64,000 nucleotides of DNA from a virus (IMGVR_UViG_3300025502_001322:32001-96000); one strand, 5' to 3'; positions 37,272 through 46,527 are shown, numbered from the stretch's first letter. The notes: generated by a model not told the origin, from the sequence alone. Numbers and translations: made by a program.

Positions 37272-38945
37272 ATGTTTAATAATGACAAGCCCAACGTAAT
37301 ACTACTTTCTGATTTTGGCAATCAACTATACCTAGAGAAAACAATAGGCCCATATAAGATTGCACAACAGTTACGTAGTGCTGGCTTTGAAGTCGCAGTT
37401 GTTCATCACCTGATGACGTTTACTTTGACTGAAGTTAAACATATTCTTACACACCTAATATCAGACAAAACACTGTTTGTAGGTGTTAACAACTTCTTCT
37501 ACAAAAAAATTGTTAATTACGAAACAATAGAGTTACAGTACCCAGATCCTCATGCTATTATCCCGCACGGCAGTGAGTTTAACGCAGAGATAAAACAGCT
37601 GATACTAGAATGCAATCCCAATTGTAAACTAGTACTTGGTGGACCTAACGCCTGTGACATTCCTATATATAGTGACTATGATTATATAATACTGGGGTAT
37701 GCTGAAATGTCTATAATTAATCTTGCTAAACACCTTGAGAACCCAGTAATATATTTAGATAAAGCACGGGTAAGCAAACATGGTTTTACAGTTATCGACG
37801 ACAGCAAAGCACCCACATACGACTTTGTTAACCATGTTATGCACTACGAAGATCATGATGCAATTATTGATTATGAAACGCTGGTAGTTGAAATTGCACG
37901 TGGTTGTATCTTTCAGTGTAAGTTTTGTAGTTATCCACTTAATGGCAAAAAGAAACTGGACTTTATTAGAACTGAAGAAAGTTTATATCGAGAGTTCATG
38001 GACAATTATGAACGTTTTGGTATAACCAATTATACAATTAGTGATGATACCTTAAACGACAGCGTAGAGAAATGTGAAATGCTGGCTAACCTTACAGAAC
38101 GGTTACCGTTCCAGCCGATGTATAGTGCCGCAGTAAGATTAGATCTCATGACCAAACACAGGGACACGATTGACATGCTGTGGCAAGCAGGGTTGCGATC
38201 AGCGTTCTTTGGTATAGAGAGTATGCATAGTGAAGCGGCTAAGTTTGTGGGCAAGGGAGGTTCCAGAGAACGCCTAATAGAAACATTAAAATACATACGC
38301 AACACTTATGGCGGTGAGTTAAATCAGACAGGTGGGTTTATTTTAGGTTTGCCCAAAGAACCATTAAGCAGTATGCGTGAAACTATAGATTGGCTGTTGA
38401 GTGACGATAACCCACTAGATATATGGCAAATGTTTCCCTTAATGATCAGAGATATGAGTCTTGTACAAGGTGGAAACGGATTTGTTAGCGACTTTGATAA
38501 AAACTGGAAACTGTACGGATACGAAGACACCGGTATTAAAACTAGCAAATACTATATGCATGGTTATATTCCTTGGCGTAATGAATTTACAGATTTTAAT
38601 GAAGTCAGTGACATGGTAGACGATGCAGAGTCTACACGCCGTCTTCACAAGGACACGTCTAGTAATGCAGGTAGACACGTACTTTTACTAGCCAGTTTGG
38701 TTGCTAAAGAGAGTGCTATTATTGCTCAGACGGATTATCTTAACATCAACTGGGACCAACTAAACACCCTTAAACTAGAAAAGAGTCTTAAATACAAAGA
38801 CATGTTATTCAAACAGTGTAATATACCCAACATTGACAGGGCAGGCACATATAGAACTTTTACTGAGGTTATACAATCTAAAGAATACCGCAGAAATCAC
38901 TTACTACTTCCGACTCATCCTTGGTATTCAAACGTGTTTGTCTAA
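37272..38945 (+). CDS. cobalamin-binding-type radical SAM protein (paralog of 34382-35890)
   Basis: EIARGCIFQCKFC, DDTLND, FGIES. Confidence 0.85.
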   Translation: MFNNDKPNVILLSDFGNQLYLEKTIGPYKIAQQLRSAGFEVAVVHHLMTFTLTEVKHILTHLISDKTLFVGVNNFFYKKIVNYETIELQYPDPHAIIPHGSEFNAEIKQLILECNPNCKLVLGGPNACDIPIYSDYDYIILGYAEMSIINLAKHLENPVIYLDKARVSKHGFTVIDDSKAPTYDFVNHVMHYEDHDAIIDYETLVVEIARGCIFQCKFCSYPLNGKKKLDFIRTEESLYREFMDNYERFGITNYTISDDTLNDSVEKCEMLANLTERLPFQPMYSAAVRLDLMTKHRDTIDMLWQAGLRSAFFGIESMHSEAAKFVGKGGSRERLIETLKYIRNTYGGELNQTGGFILGLPKEPLSSMRETIDWLLSDDNPLDIWQMFPLMIRDMSLVQGGNGFVSDFDKNWKLYGYEDTGIKTSKYYMHGYIPWRNEFTDFNEVSDMVDDAESTRRLHKDTSSNAGRHVLLLASLVAKESAIIAQTDYLNINWDQLNTLKLEKSLKYKDMLFKQCNIPNIDRAGTYRTFTEVIQSKEYRRNHLLLPTHPWYSNVFV

Positions 38946-38948
38946 ATG

Positions 38949-38977
38949 TTGACAGCACCTAAGAGTTGTAGTATTAT
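38949..38977 (+). promoter_or_regulatory. sigma70 promoter (GAGT class)
   Basis: TTGACA-17-TATTAT, GAGT at 38963-38966. Confidence 0.7.
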
Positions 38978-39019
38978 TATTATGATTCTGAAACTTACTT
39001 ACGTTAACAAGAGGCCAAC

Positions 39020-39220
39020 ATGGCAACCAACGCTGAAATAGAAAAACTGGTAGAAATACTAAAATTCACTCCATGTACATATACGATCAGTGTCTCTGGA
39101 TACGGCAGGGAGCATACATTTGGTCATATGCCTAATCAGTCAAGTATAGTATACATGGGGAAGCACGATCTTAATTGGGAAGATGTTATGGGGATGAGCC
39201 CTGATGAATGGGATGATTAG
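39020..39220 (+). CDS. hypothetical protein, possibly a truncated N-terminal fragment
   Basis: 66 aa, SD GAGG; resembles the N-terminus of a longer phage family (recall only). Confidence 0.45.
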   Translation: MATNAEIEKLVEILKFTPCTYTISVSGYGREHTFGHMPNQSSIVYMGKHDLNWEDVMGMSPDEWDD

Positions 39221-39233
39221 TTATAGCACAAAC

Positions 39234-39575
39234 ATGATGGGTCCTTGGCATACGAGTTGGTATACTGAAAGAGGACTTACTCACAAAGCAACTCGCACAG
39301 TGACCTCTGACATCATCAAAGGATACTCTCCTGGTGACACAATAGAGTATGATGAAATAACCACACATTATGCTGGTGGTAGAATAGATATTCGTGGCGT
39401 TCCAGATGAACCATATGGTCTCGAATATGGTCTAGCGGTGATGCACGGTGAGGATTGGAACGCATTAAGTGAATGGTTAGCTGATTTTGAATCTGAAGAG
39501 CTTGTGTCACACGACTCTCTCATAGAACAATTTGAAAATGATTATGGTAAAAAGATAAGGTGGTGGAACGACTAA
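39234..39575 (+). CDS. hypothetical phage protein
   Basis: MGPW..WY.ERGL...GRIDI motif; start moved. Confidence 0.6.
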   Translation: MMGPWHTSWYTERGLTHKATRTVTSDIIKGYSPGDTIEYDEITTHYAGGRIDIRGVPDEPYGLEYGLAVMHGEDWNALSEWLADFESEELVSHDSLIEQFENDYGKKIRWWND

Positions 39576-39651
39576 TGAAAATTAAGTTTGATAAAGAATC
39601 TATACAACTTAGACGAATGGGTTTAATCCTAACGATACATGAGGAACAAGA

Positions 39652-39924
39652 ATGACAACTAACTTTACAAGACAGAATGACCAAACAAAACCATCAGATA
39701 GAAAAAGAAGCACAACATTAGAAGTCAAGATGGATCTAGTGTTAAGTAAACTCGACAAGATTTTAAACAACCTAGATGCAATTAATTTTACTGAATATAC
39801 TTACACTGAAGAAGAAATACAAATTATGACTACACAAAATGACTTCTGTTCCAGTACTGACCGGGACGAAGAAGCATATAATAAGTTTTTAACTGAATTA
39901 AATGACGGATATTCTCCCCAGTAA
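39652..39924 (+). CDS. hypothetical protein
   Basis: 90 aa, SD GAGG. Confidence 0.55.
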   Translation: MTTNFTRQNDQTKPSDRKRSTTLEVKMDLVLSKLDKILNNLDAINFTEYTYTEEEIQIMTTQNDFCSSTDRDEEAYNKFLTELNDGYSPQ

Positions 39925-39932
39925 ATAACTGT

Positions 39933-40286
39933 ATGCCTTGGGGTTACCATTATCACTACGATGTTGCTGGTTGCAGTAACGTATCAGACAAAGAACATGT
40001 TACTGGTTTTATCAAAGAACTAGTTACCAGTATAGACATGACGCCACTAGGCGAACCTTTTGTGGAACACATAAATGTAGAAGGTGTAGACAGTGGTATA
40101 ACCGCAGTACAAGTTATTACAACAAGCAGTATCACAGCGCATTTTATAGACGATACAGGTGATCTTTACCTAGACGTTTTTAGTTGTAAAGAGTTTGATG
40201 TAAATAACGTTAAGGCAGTAGTAGACAAATTCTTTAAACCAAAATTATGCGCAGAATCATTCATGACCCGACAAGCACCAAGATAA
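39933..40286 (+). CDS. second AdoMetDC-family pyruvoyl decarboxylase
   Basis: WGYHYHYD, ITT-SSITAHF, DVFSCK. Confidence 0.8.
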   Translation: MPWGYHYHYDVAGCSNVSDKEHVTGFIKELVTSIDMTPLGEPFVEHINVEGVDSGITAVQVITTSSITAHFIDDTGDLYLDVFSCKEFDVNNVKAVVDKFFKPKLCAESFMTRQAPR

Positions 40287-40315
40287 CGGGTAAAGATATC
40301 AATGAGGAGAGTTTT

Positions 40316-40678
40316 ATGAAGAGACTAATTTATATTGCAGGCAGTATTAGTTTAATTGGACTACTAATGTATCCGATTCTTTCAACTTCCGGAGTAACAG
40401 GCACAGCCGCACCAGGATCAGGTGCTAACGTAAAATCTGCAGGTGAAATTGTTGCTAAACAGAACCACTGCCTAGCATGCCACAGTGTGGATAACAAACT
40501 GGTTGGTCCGGCATTTAAGGACGTAGCTAATAAATATACAGAGGCCGACCGTGAGTTTTTAGTTAACAAAATTGTTAAAGGTGGTGGTGGGGTGTGGGGG
40601 CCAATCCCGATGCCGCCAAATGCTGTAGACCAACAGCAAGCAAACCAAGCAGTTACTTGGATTTTGGATCTTAAATAG
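40316..40678 (+). CDS. class I cytochrome c (c551/c8-like) with N-terminal signal/anchor
   Basis: CLACH haem motif, VGPAFKDVA, WGPIPMPPN axial Met. Confidence 0.92.
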   Translation: MKRLIYIAGSISLIGLLMYPILSTSGVTGTAAPGSGANVKSAGEIVAKQNHCLACHSVDNKLVGPAFKDVANKYTEADREFLVNKIVKGGGGVWGPIPMPPNAVDQQQANQAVTWILDLK

Positions 40679-40761
40679 ACGGCCAGTTATCCGCATCAAC
40701 AACGGGTATATGTATAAAACCAATTTTTATAACAAGCTCTTTAATAATTGTATGAATAAAT

Positions 40762-41553
40762 ATGTTTATACATTTAATAAGGGCTTGTCAAATGTCAGAC
40801 ATAAAAGAAATACACCTGCATGCTGAATGCGCACAGATTGCCTACCTAGGTCTTAAAGAGGCAAAACCAAAATTTAAAAAACTTGGACTTAAAGTTAATA
40901 GTTACTACGACATTGACGGTGCCCAGGCATACTTACTAACAAACAAAGATAGAAGCATACTGGCATTTAGAGGCACAGAGCCCAAAGAAAAGTCAGATAT
41001 TTTCGCTGACTTAAATGCTCTTAGAGATCCAGAACCAACAGGTGGTAGAGTGCATCAGGGCTTCCAGGGAGAAGTTGATAAACTCTGGCCAGAGATAACA
41101 AAGGACCTATTGACTGCTAAAATTAACACTAACTTAACAGTGTGCGGTCACTCATTAGGTGCGGCAATGGCAACTATTGCGGCAGGAAGATTACACTGTC
41201 AACTAGTAAACACTAATTGTGATTTTAAAGAATTATATACATTTGGCTCACCTAGGGTAGGTAATAGACAATGGTTAAAACACGTTGAAGGCATGATCCA
41301 TCACCGTTGTGTTAACAATAATGACTTAGTGCCCAAGGTTCCGCCTGCATTAATGCTTTACAAACACCAAGGAAATCTAGTATACTTTAACTGTTACGGA
41401 AGTATTAGAAAAACCACAATGTGGCAAAGATTCAAAGACCAAATACGTGGACGTAGACGTGCATTACAAAAGGGACAACCGTTTGATGGCATCTACGATC
41501 ATGTCATGACAGAGTACATACGATCAATTGACACAAACCTAACGGAGGAATAA
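40762..41553 (+). CDS. class 3 lipase / alpha-beta hydrolase
   Basis: AFRGTE, VHQGF, GHSLG, YTFGSPRVG, DLVPKVP, DH. Confidence 0.9.
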   Translation: MFIHLIRACQMSDIKEIHLHAECAQIAYLGLKEAKPKFKKLGLKVNSYYDIDGAQAYLLTNKDRSILAFRGTEPKEKSDIFADLNALRDPEPTGGRVHQGFQGEVDKLWPEITKDLLTAKINTNLTVCGHSLGAAMATIAAGRLHCQLVNTNCDFKELYTFGSPRVGNRQWLKHVEGMIHHRCVNNNDLVPKVPPALMLYKHQGNLVYFNCYGSIRKTTMWQRFKDQIRGRRRALQKGQPFDGIYDHVMTEYIRSIDTNLTEE

Positions 41554-41599
41554 AAGGTAGCTAACCGAAGTAATAAAGACGCAACATAAAGCGGCTTTT

Positions 41600-41842
41600 T
41601 TATTTGGCGTACTTTAATTTATAGAAGAGTTCGTTCTCTTCTGACAGTTTTGCTGTCACCACAACACGGTATTCCCATTGACCTGGACGTATATAAAATA
41701 CAGGTTTCTCCAATGCATTATCTAATACCCATTGTCCGTGGTCAGTTTGTTGCCACTCCCATAATGGTTGGGCGGCATATATTTCAGGATCTTCGCAATC
41801 GGATAGGTCAAACGCATGTACTTCTATTTCTTTACGATTCAT
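41600..41842 (-). CDS. hypothetical phage protein
   Basis: DPEIYAAQPLWEWQQTDHGQWV motif. Confidence 0.6.
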   Translation of the reverse strand: MNRKEIEVHAFDLSDCEDPEIYAAQPLWEWQQTDHGQWVLDNALEKPVFYIRPGQWEYRVVVTAKLSEENELFYKLKYAK

Positions 41843-41855
41843 AATTTAATTATAT

Positions 41856-41884
41856 TTGACATTGTTAGATAATGCAAGTATAAT
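41856..41884 (+). promoter_or_regulatory. consensus sigma70 promoter
   Basis: TTGACA-17-TATAAT. Confidence 0.75.
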
Positions 41885-41910
41885 GAACATATTAACAAAA
41901 GGACTCAGTA

Positions 41911-42360
41911 ATGTTAAAGGCAACCCCAATAGTAAAAAACAAATTTTGGTTAGTAACAAGTAACGGTGAAAAAGTTGGTGCCGTAAAGTCCAGTGACAAA
42001 GGGCTAACGTATATACACGGCGACGAAGAAGAACGTTTTGCAACAGTTAAACTGTTAGAAGACAAGTACAATATTAAGTTTGAGTCATACAAATCAGATA
42101 ATGTTAAAGATTCAGAATACGAAGCATACGGAGCATACGGATATCCTACCGGTAATAACTACCCCCATAACCCCTTGTGGCATATACAACTAGGTATACC
42201 AGTGTTTACTAAAGAAGAAAAATCTCGTAGTTTTTACTGTGCGGGTTACTATCTGGTTAAAGAACGCAATAAAACTAAGTTGCGATTCTGTCCTAAAATT
42301 ATTCTATTAGAACGCAATGAGTTTGAAGGGCCTTTAAAGACCACATTAGGAAACTTTTAA
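41911..42360 (+). CDS. conserved hypothetical phage protein
   Basis: FTK..KSRSFYCAGYY...FCPK.I.L.R..F.GP. Confidence 0.6.
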   Translation: MLKATPIVKNKFWLVTSNGEKVGAVKSSDKGLTYIHGDEEERFATVKLLEDKYNIKFESYKSDNVKDSEYEAYGAYGYPTGNNYPHNPLWHIQLGIPVFTKEEKSRSFYCAGYYLVKERNKTKLRFCPKIILLERNEFEGPLKTTLGNF

Positions 42361-44159
42361 AAGTCGTCTAACGAAGAATACGAACCTTCATGTTCATGAG
42401 TATCAGGAACATTGTGAGGTTGTAGTATTAACGCAAGTAGTGTGTCTCTTTTTTGTTCGTACGTCTGACCTGCGTATAGGCCTTCTGGGGGAATAGTACC
42501 CATGTCCACAAACATTGTTCTCTTCATAAAGTTCCACATATCCACAGTATACACACTGGTATAGAAATAAGCATCCAGTGTTTTTCCTAATACAATATCC
42601 TCGCATTTCTTAGATATAATACGCCAGACGTCGTTGGCGCCAGGTGTTTCGAACCACGACAACGCCAGATCCAGGAAGTCTGTTAACATAGTGCTATGGT
42701 ACCCTGAGTAAAATTGTTTTAGCCAGGTGGCCACTTTAAAGTTATCTATAGCAGTTTGTGTGCCTTTAATGTAACTTATACAGATTGGGAATTCCTCAAG
42801 GTCGTCTTCTGTTGGTGGCCTTGTTAGGATGTCACCAGGAACCTTTAAGTTTAGTACCTTAACTCCAATCTTTTCTCTGTATTCTTTGCTACCCACTGGG
42901 CTATTTGGTAGATACATCCAGAGATACCAACGTGTTCTAACATTACATTTCAGTACTTCGTACTGTGTGTCTAGCATACTTTGTGGTGTTTGGTTAGGCA
43001 TACCACTTATTAACTCTGTAACTAACTGCAAATCAGGAAATTTTGACTGTATGTTATGTATGTATTCTTTGTGTTTTTCCCAGGGTATCTCAGGTCTGTC
43101 AATCGCAGCCAATACGTCTTTATCGACATCTTGGAAACTTAGTGTCCAGGTTATTAGGTTTACATTTTCTGGATCACCATCAAACTTTTCAGTAAGCATA
43201 TAGTCAAATATTTCATACACTCTGTCTTTCTGCAACTTAGCCCAGGTTATCTCCCAAGGACAAATTACCTTAGGATATTTACGTCTCACTTTTGCCCAGA
43301 ACTTTGTTATATCCATGTCACGTGGGACTTGTCCAAAGTTTGCATCACAGAGCTTTAAGTATCTAATGTCTTCTTGTCCAAAGAACGCAAGATCTTTGTA
43401 AATTGGTATTAGACTCCAAAACGTAACTTTATTATGTAGCCCGCTGGTCCAGTCACAAAATGCGCAGTGGTACGGACACCCTCGGCTTGCCTCAAAATTA
43501 ACAATTGCAGTTAATCCTTGCTGTTTAGCCCAGGCAAACCATTCCCTAACAAGTTTTCTATTGTGCCACCATAACGGAATACCGAAGAATTTTTTATCCT
43601 TAAACGTAGCATGCTTTGCTTTAACTATCTTATCGCCTTCTATCCACAAAGCATTTTCAGTCTCTTCGATAACAGGTGTTTTGTCCTCAAAGTGGCAGTC
43701 TAAGATGTATTTTACAAACTTGTAGCCATCACCGTAACATGCGTATGTGATCCAATCTCTTTCATTAAGCCAAGTATAATCTTTGTGCTCTACTTCAGGA
43801 CCACCCACCATAACCTTAATATTAGGAAGTTTTTTCTGAACTGCTCGTACAATCTTTGCTAGACCTGGCTGAGTCCATATATACATACCCACAAACAACC
43901 AGTCTGATTGATTCTCTACAATTTGATCTACGTATGTGTTAACATAGTCTTCAGTAGGTAAAACTTGATGCCAGTCAACTTGTTTAGCAAGCTCAGGACT
44001 ATACAGATCGTAGTATGTCTTAAAATGCAACATACTGGCATTTATAAACCATGCTGGTCTAGGCTCAGTACTCATTTTATGCTTAGATACGACAGTATTA
44101 TGAAATATTGTCGTATCGAGGATACAGTTTATGAAACTAATCTTTAATTTTTTTGTCAT
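42357..44159 (-). CDS. cobalamin-binding-type radical SAM protein
   Basis: VGGPE, EASRGCPYHCAFCDW, DANFG, ELISGMP. Confidence 0.85.
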   Translation of the reverse strand: MTKKLKISFINCILDTTIFHNTVVSKHKMSTEPRPAWFINASMLHFKTYYDLYSPELAKQVDWHQVLPTEDYVNTYVDQIVENQSDWLFVGMYIWTQPGLAKIVRAVQKKLPNIKVMVGGPEVEHKDYTWLNERDWITYACYGDGYKFVKYILDCHFEDKTPVIEETENALWIEGDKIVKAKHATFKDKKFFGIPLWWHNRKLVREWFAWAKQQGLTAIVNFEASRGCPYHCAFCDWTSGLHNKVTFWSLIPIYKDLAFFGQEDIRYLKLCDANFGQVPRDMDITKFWAKVRRKYPKVICPWEITWAKLQKDRVYEIFDYMLTEKFDGDPENVNLITWTLSFQDVDKDVLAAIDRPEIPWEKHKEYIHNIQSKFPDLQLVTELISGMPNQTPQSMLDTQYEVLKCNVRTRWYLWMYLPNSPVGSKEYREKIGVKVLNLKVPGDILTRPPTEDDLEEFPICISYIKGTQTAIDNFKVATWLKQFYSGYHSTMLTDFLDLALSWFETPGANDVWRIISKKCEDIVLGKTLDAYFYTSVYTVDMWNFMKRTMFVDMGTIPPEGLYAGQTYEQKRDTLLALILQPHNVPDTHEHEGSYSSLDDF

Positions 44160-44200
44160 ATAAGTAATTACAACTAAACGGAAGGTGTACAAGTATTTAT

Positions 44201-44413
44201 ATGAACACTCATTATATAAACCAATTAAACAATAAAATACAGATTTTAAATTCTGGCCCAAATAAGCAGATTATATTAAGCAAGCAGGAAGCACAAGGAC
44301 TGCACAATGAGGTTTACCGGCTTCTGGCTAGGATAGCAGAGCTTGAGGGGATTCAAGAGCAACAGCCCACCGAGGAAGTTATTCGAGCAAATGTAGATGG
44401 TGGTGGTTGGTAA
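44201..44413 (+). CDS. hypothetical protein
   Basis: 70 aa ending in DGGGW. Confidence 0.6.
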   Translation: MNTHYINQLNNKIQILNSGPNKQIILSKQEAQGLHNEVYRLLARIAELEGIQEQQPTEEVIRANVDGGGW

Positions 44414-44443
44414 TATACGTATATTATTGGTATAAATAATACT

Positions 44444-44731
44444 ATGTCGAGACCCAAACCAGACGTTCTATTAGAACACGTTAATAAACAAAATTACAAG
44501 AGTGATCAAGTCATTGCTTCTCAGGGCATATGGGCAGTTTACCACAACGGTCACCCTATTAACTTAAAAAGTGCAAATATGTTGGTTAGTTATCCTGGGC
44601 CCAAGTATAAGAAAACAAGTTTTAGTAACCCAGGACACGCAATTAATCTTGCAAAGAAACTCAACAAACTGTTTGATACTGCATTATTCAGTGTGGTGTT
44701 ATTAAAAGCAGGTGAGCAAGTCTTCCCTTAG
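44444..44731 (+). CDS. conserved hypothetical phage protein
   Basis: MSRPKP...GPKYKKTSFSNPGHA.NLAKKLN; TATAAATA upstream. Confidence 0.7.
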   Translation: MSRPKPDVLLEHVNKQNYKSDQVIASQGIWAVYHNGHPINLKSANMLVSYPGPKYKKTSFSNPGHAINLAKKLNKLFDTALFSVVLLKAGEQVFP

Positions 44732-45056
44732 ATCACAAGTTAGCGAATATCTGTCTAAAGAAACAGGACTTAAGCCGGTTCACATCTGGGTTAATCCATT
44801 AAACAAGACAAGTATGCGTTTGTCTGTGACTGCCTACCGAACACTTAAAAAATTAAAGTTCCAGCGATTCACACACAAGTTTACTGACCGGATAACACCA
44901 AGGCACATGCTGGAATTAGACAGACTATTCAAGTATCCATATTACATAAGCAGTTACCAAACCATAGAAGTATTTTCTGAAGAGGATACCCTAATGCTAA
45001 CGTTAAACAACAATAATTTAGATAACTATCTGAAAGCACTTCGCCTAAGTTGTTGA
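44712..45056 (+). CDS. hypothetical protein
   Basis: 114 aa, GTG start. Confidence 0.55.
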   Translation: MSKSSLRSQVSEYLSKETGLKPVHIWVNPLNKTSMRLSVTAYRTLKKLKFQRFTHKFTDRITPRHMLELDRLFKYPYYISSYQTIEVFSEEDTLMLTLNNNNLDNYLKALRLSC

Positions 45057-45076
45057 TTTAAAACAAAAACAAAAGG

Positions 45077-45105
45077 TTGACGCAATGTTCGAGTAACACT
45101 ATAAT
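45077..45105 (+). promoter_or_regulatory. sigma70 promoter (GAGT class)
   Basis: TTGACG-17-TATAAT, GAGT at 45091-45094. Confidence 0.75.
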
Positions 45106-45155
45106 AGCACTTGAAGTACAGTTAGTTATTAATAATACTAATAAGGAGAGTAAAT

Positions 45156-45362
45156 ATGGGTTATTTTAATGAACTTGAAACAGATGTACTTGACTTGTAT
45201 TGTGCTGACGTTCCTGCAGACAAAATTGCTGAAGAATACGGAATCAGTATTGATTTGGTAGAGAAAATTGGCAAAAAGTGGGAACAAGAGAACAATCTTA
45301 ATGTGGTGTCACGCTCAGTGAAGACTTCGCCAAAGACCGTGTGTAAGTTGTTGGCTTACTAA
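45156..45362 (+). CDS. small HTH-like protein
   Basis: DKIAEEYGISIDLVEKI; SD AAGGAG. Confidence 0.55.
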   Translation: MGYFNELETDVLDLYCADVPADKIAEEYGISIDLVEKIGKKWEQENNLNVVSRSVKTSPKTVCKLLAY

Positions 45363-45372
45363 ACAATGGTGC

Positions 45373-45460
45373 GCCCGGGTGGCGAAATTGGTAGACGCAC
45401 GGGACTTAAAATCCCGGGCCCCTTAAAGGCGTGCCGGTTCGATTCCGGCCCTGGGCACCA
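45373..45460 (+). tRNA. tRNA-Leu(TAA)
   Basis: GCCCGGG/CCTGGGC-ACCA; CGGGA-CTTAAAA-TCCCG; long variable arm. Confidence 0.92.
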
Positions 45461-45529
45461 ACTAATTCAGATTTATAGTACGTTGGGCAAGTGTTTGTTT
45501 TTAAACAGTTTCTTTTTTTGTCCAAATTG

Positions 45530-45558
45530 TTGACGTATGGTCCGAGTGACACTATAAT
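45530..45558 (+). promoter_or_regulatory. sigma70 promoter (GAGT class)
   Basis: TTGACG-17-TATAAT, GAGT at 45544-45547. Confidence 0.75.
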
Positions 45559-45592
45559 ATACATATGCTGTTAATAAAGAAGAGGGGAAACA

Positions 45593-45733
45593 ATGTATAA
45601 AGTCGATTTTTATAATTTTGGTTATTTGAAGCACTTCGACACACTCGAGCAAGCAATTGAAAATGCAAAGTCTTCAGGATTTCAATGTGCGGTTTGGTTT
45701 GATAATGCACTGATTAAACACTTTGGAGGGTAA
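45593..45733 (+). CDS. small hypothetical protein, 46 aa
   Basis: Manual translation MYKVDFYNFGYLKHFDTLEQAIENAKSSGFQCAVWF...; SD GAGGGG. Confidence 0.6.
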   Translation: MYKVDFYNFGYLKHFDTLEQAIENAKSSGFQCAVWFDNALIKHFGG

Positions 45734-45734
45734 T

Positions 45735-45914
45735 ATGACTGACGCAATTGATATGGCATTATTCTTAGAATCTATTAAGTATGACATCACCAACAAAATG
45801 GCATCATCAGAAGATGAAGTTGCATTAACAAACAAACTGGATCAGAAAATTGATGAACTGCGACGTGAGGTTTCTAGAATGCAGACTCACTTTGACAGCC
45901 AACTAACTTACTAG
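45735..45914 (+). CDS. small coiled-coil hypothetical protein
   Basis: SD GGAGG, ATG 45735. Confidence 0.55.
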   Translation: MTDAIDMALFLESIKYDITNKMASSEDEVALTNKLDQKIDELRREVSRMQTHFDSQLTY

Positions 45915-45922
45915 GAGACGGT

Positions 45923-46132
45923 ATGCTTATAAGATCAGATGTAGCAATAGATGTATGCGGTGGTGATCAGTATTTGATGATACGGATGGCCGCACAACGA
46001 GCAAGAGAAATACTACAAGGCTCCGAACCTAGAGTCGTAGCAATTGAGGACGAAAAGGCAGCCAGCACCGCTATTAGAGAAATTGAGCTGGGCGTGTACA
46101 CCGTAGAGGATTTTAACCAGGGGGCAACATAA
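45923..46132 (+). CDS. rpoZ: RNA polymerase omega subunit homolog
   Basis: GGDQYLMIRMAAQRAREI..GSEPRV...EKAASTAIREIELG aligns with omega GNRFDLVLVAARRARQM...DKTTVIALREIEEG. Confidence 0.75.
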   Translation: MLIRSDVAIDVCGGDQYLMIRMAAQRAREILQGSEPRVVAIEDEKAASTAIREIELGVYTVEDFNQGAT

Positions 46133-46144
46133 CAGGAGATGCAG

Positions 46145-46315
46145 ATGGCTAATTATGCTATGGCACCAAAAAAACGTTGGTATGTTACAGAAGAAGGCAA
46201 AGAGATTGTACAACCATTTCCAAACACCGAGTACGAATGTCAAATTACTATAGACCGGTTAGTAGAAGAAAATGAGAAACGTATTCTAACTGTTGAAAGT
46301 GCGACACTGTCATGA
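46145..46315 (+). CDS. small hypothetical protein, 56 aa
   Basis: Manual translation MANYAMAPKKRWYV...; SD AGGAG. Confidence 0.55.
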   Translation: MANYAMAPKKRWYVTEEGKEIVQPFPNTEYECQITIDRLVEENEKRILTVESATLS

Positions 46316-46527
46316 ACGATCTGTTGGAGATGATAGATTTTTTAGGCGAACTTGATTACGACTTACATGGCAATATCTCAGGTGAAGAGTTAATTATGGT
46401 ACGTGAGAAACTACATCGGTATAAAGATAGATTAGAAGCAGAAGTTGATGTATTCGAAAATTCTTTCGAGGATACAAAAACAACATTCTACAGCTTGACA
46501 AGAGAAGAGAGTGGCAGTACACTGTAA
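46312..46527 (+). CDS. hypothetical protein
   Basis: 71 aa, ATGA coupling. Confidence 0.55.
   Translation: MNDLLEMIDFLGELDYDLHGNISGEELIMVREKLHRYKDRLEAEVDVFENSFEDTKTTFYSLTREESGSTL
46495..46523 (+). promoter_or_regulatory. sigma70 promoter (GAGT class)
   Basis: TTGACA-17-TACACT, GAGT at 46509-46512. Confidence 0.65.

Noticed and set aside
34382-44159. Radical SAM genes as PqqE partners of PqqA
   Set aside because: They have B12-binding-type architecture and no visible SPASM motif; no pqqB, pqqC or pqqD is seen.
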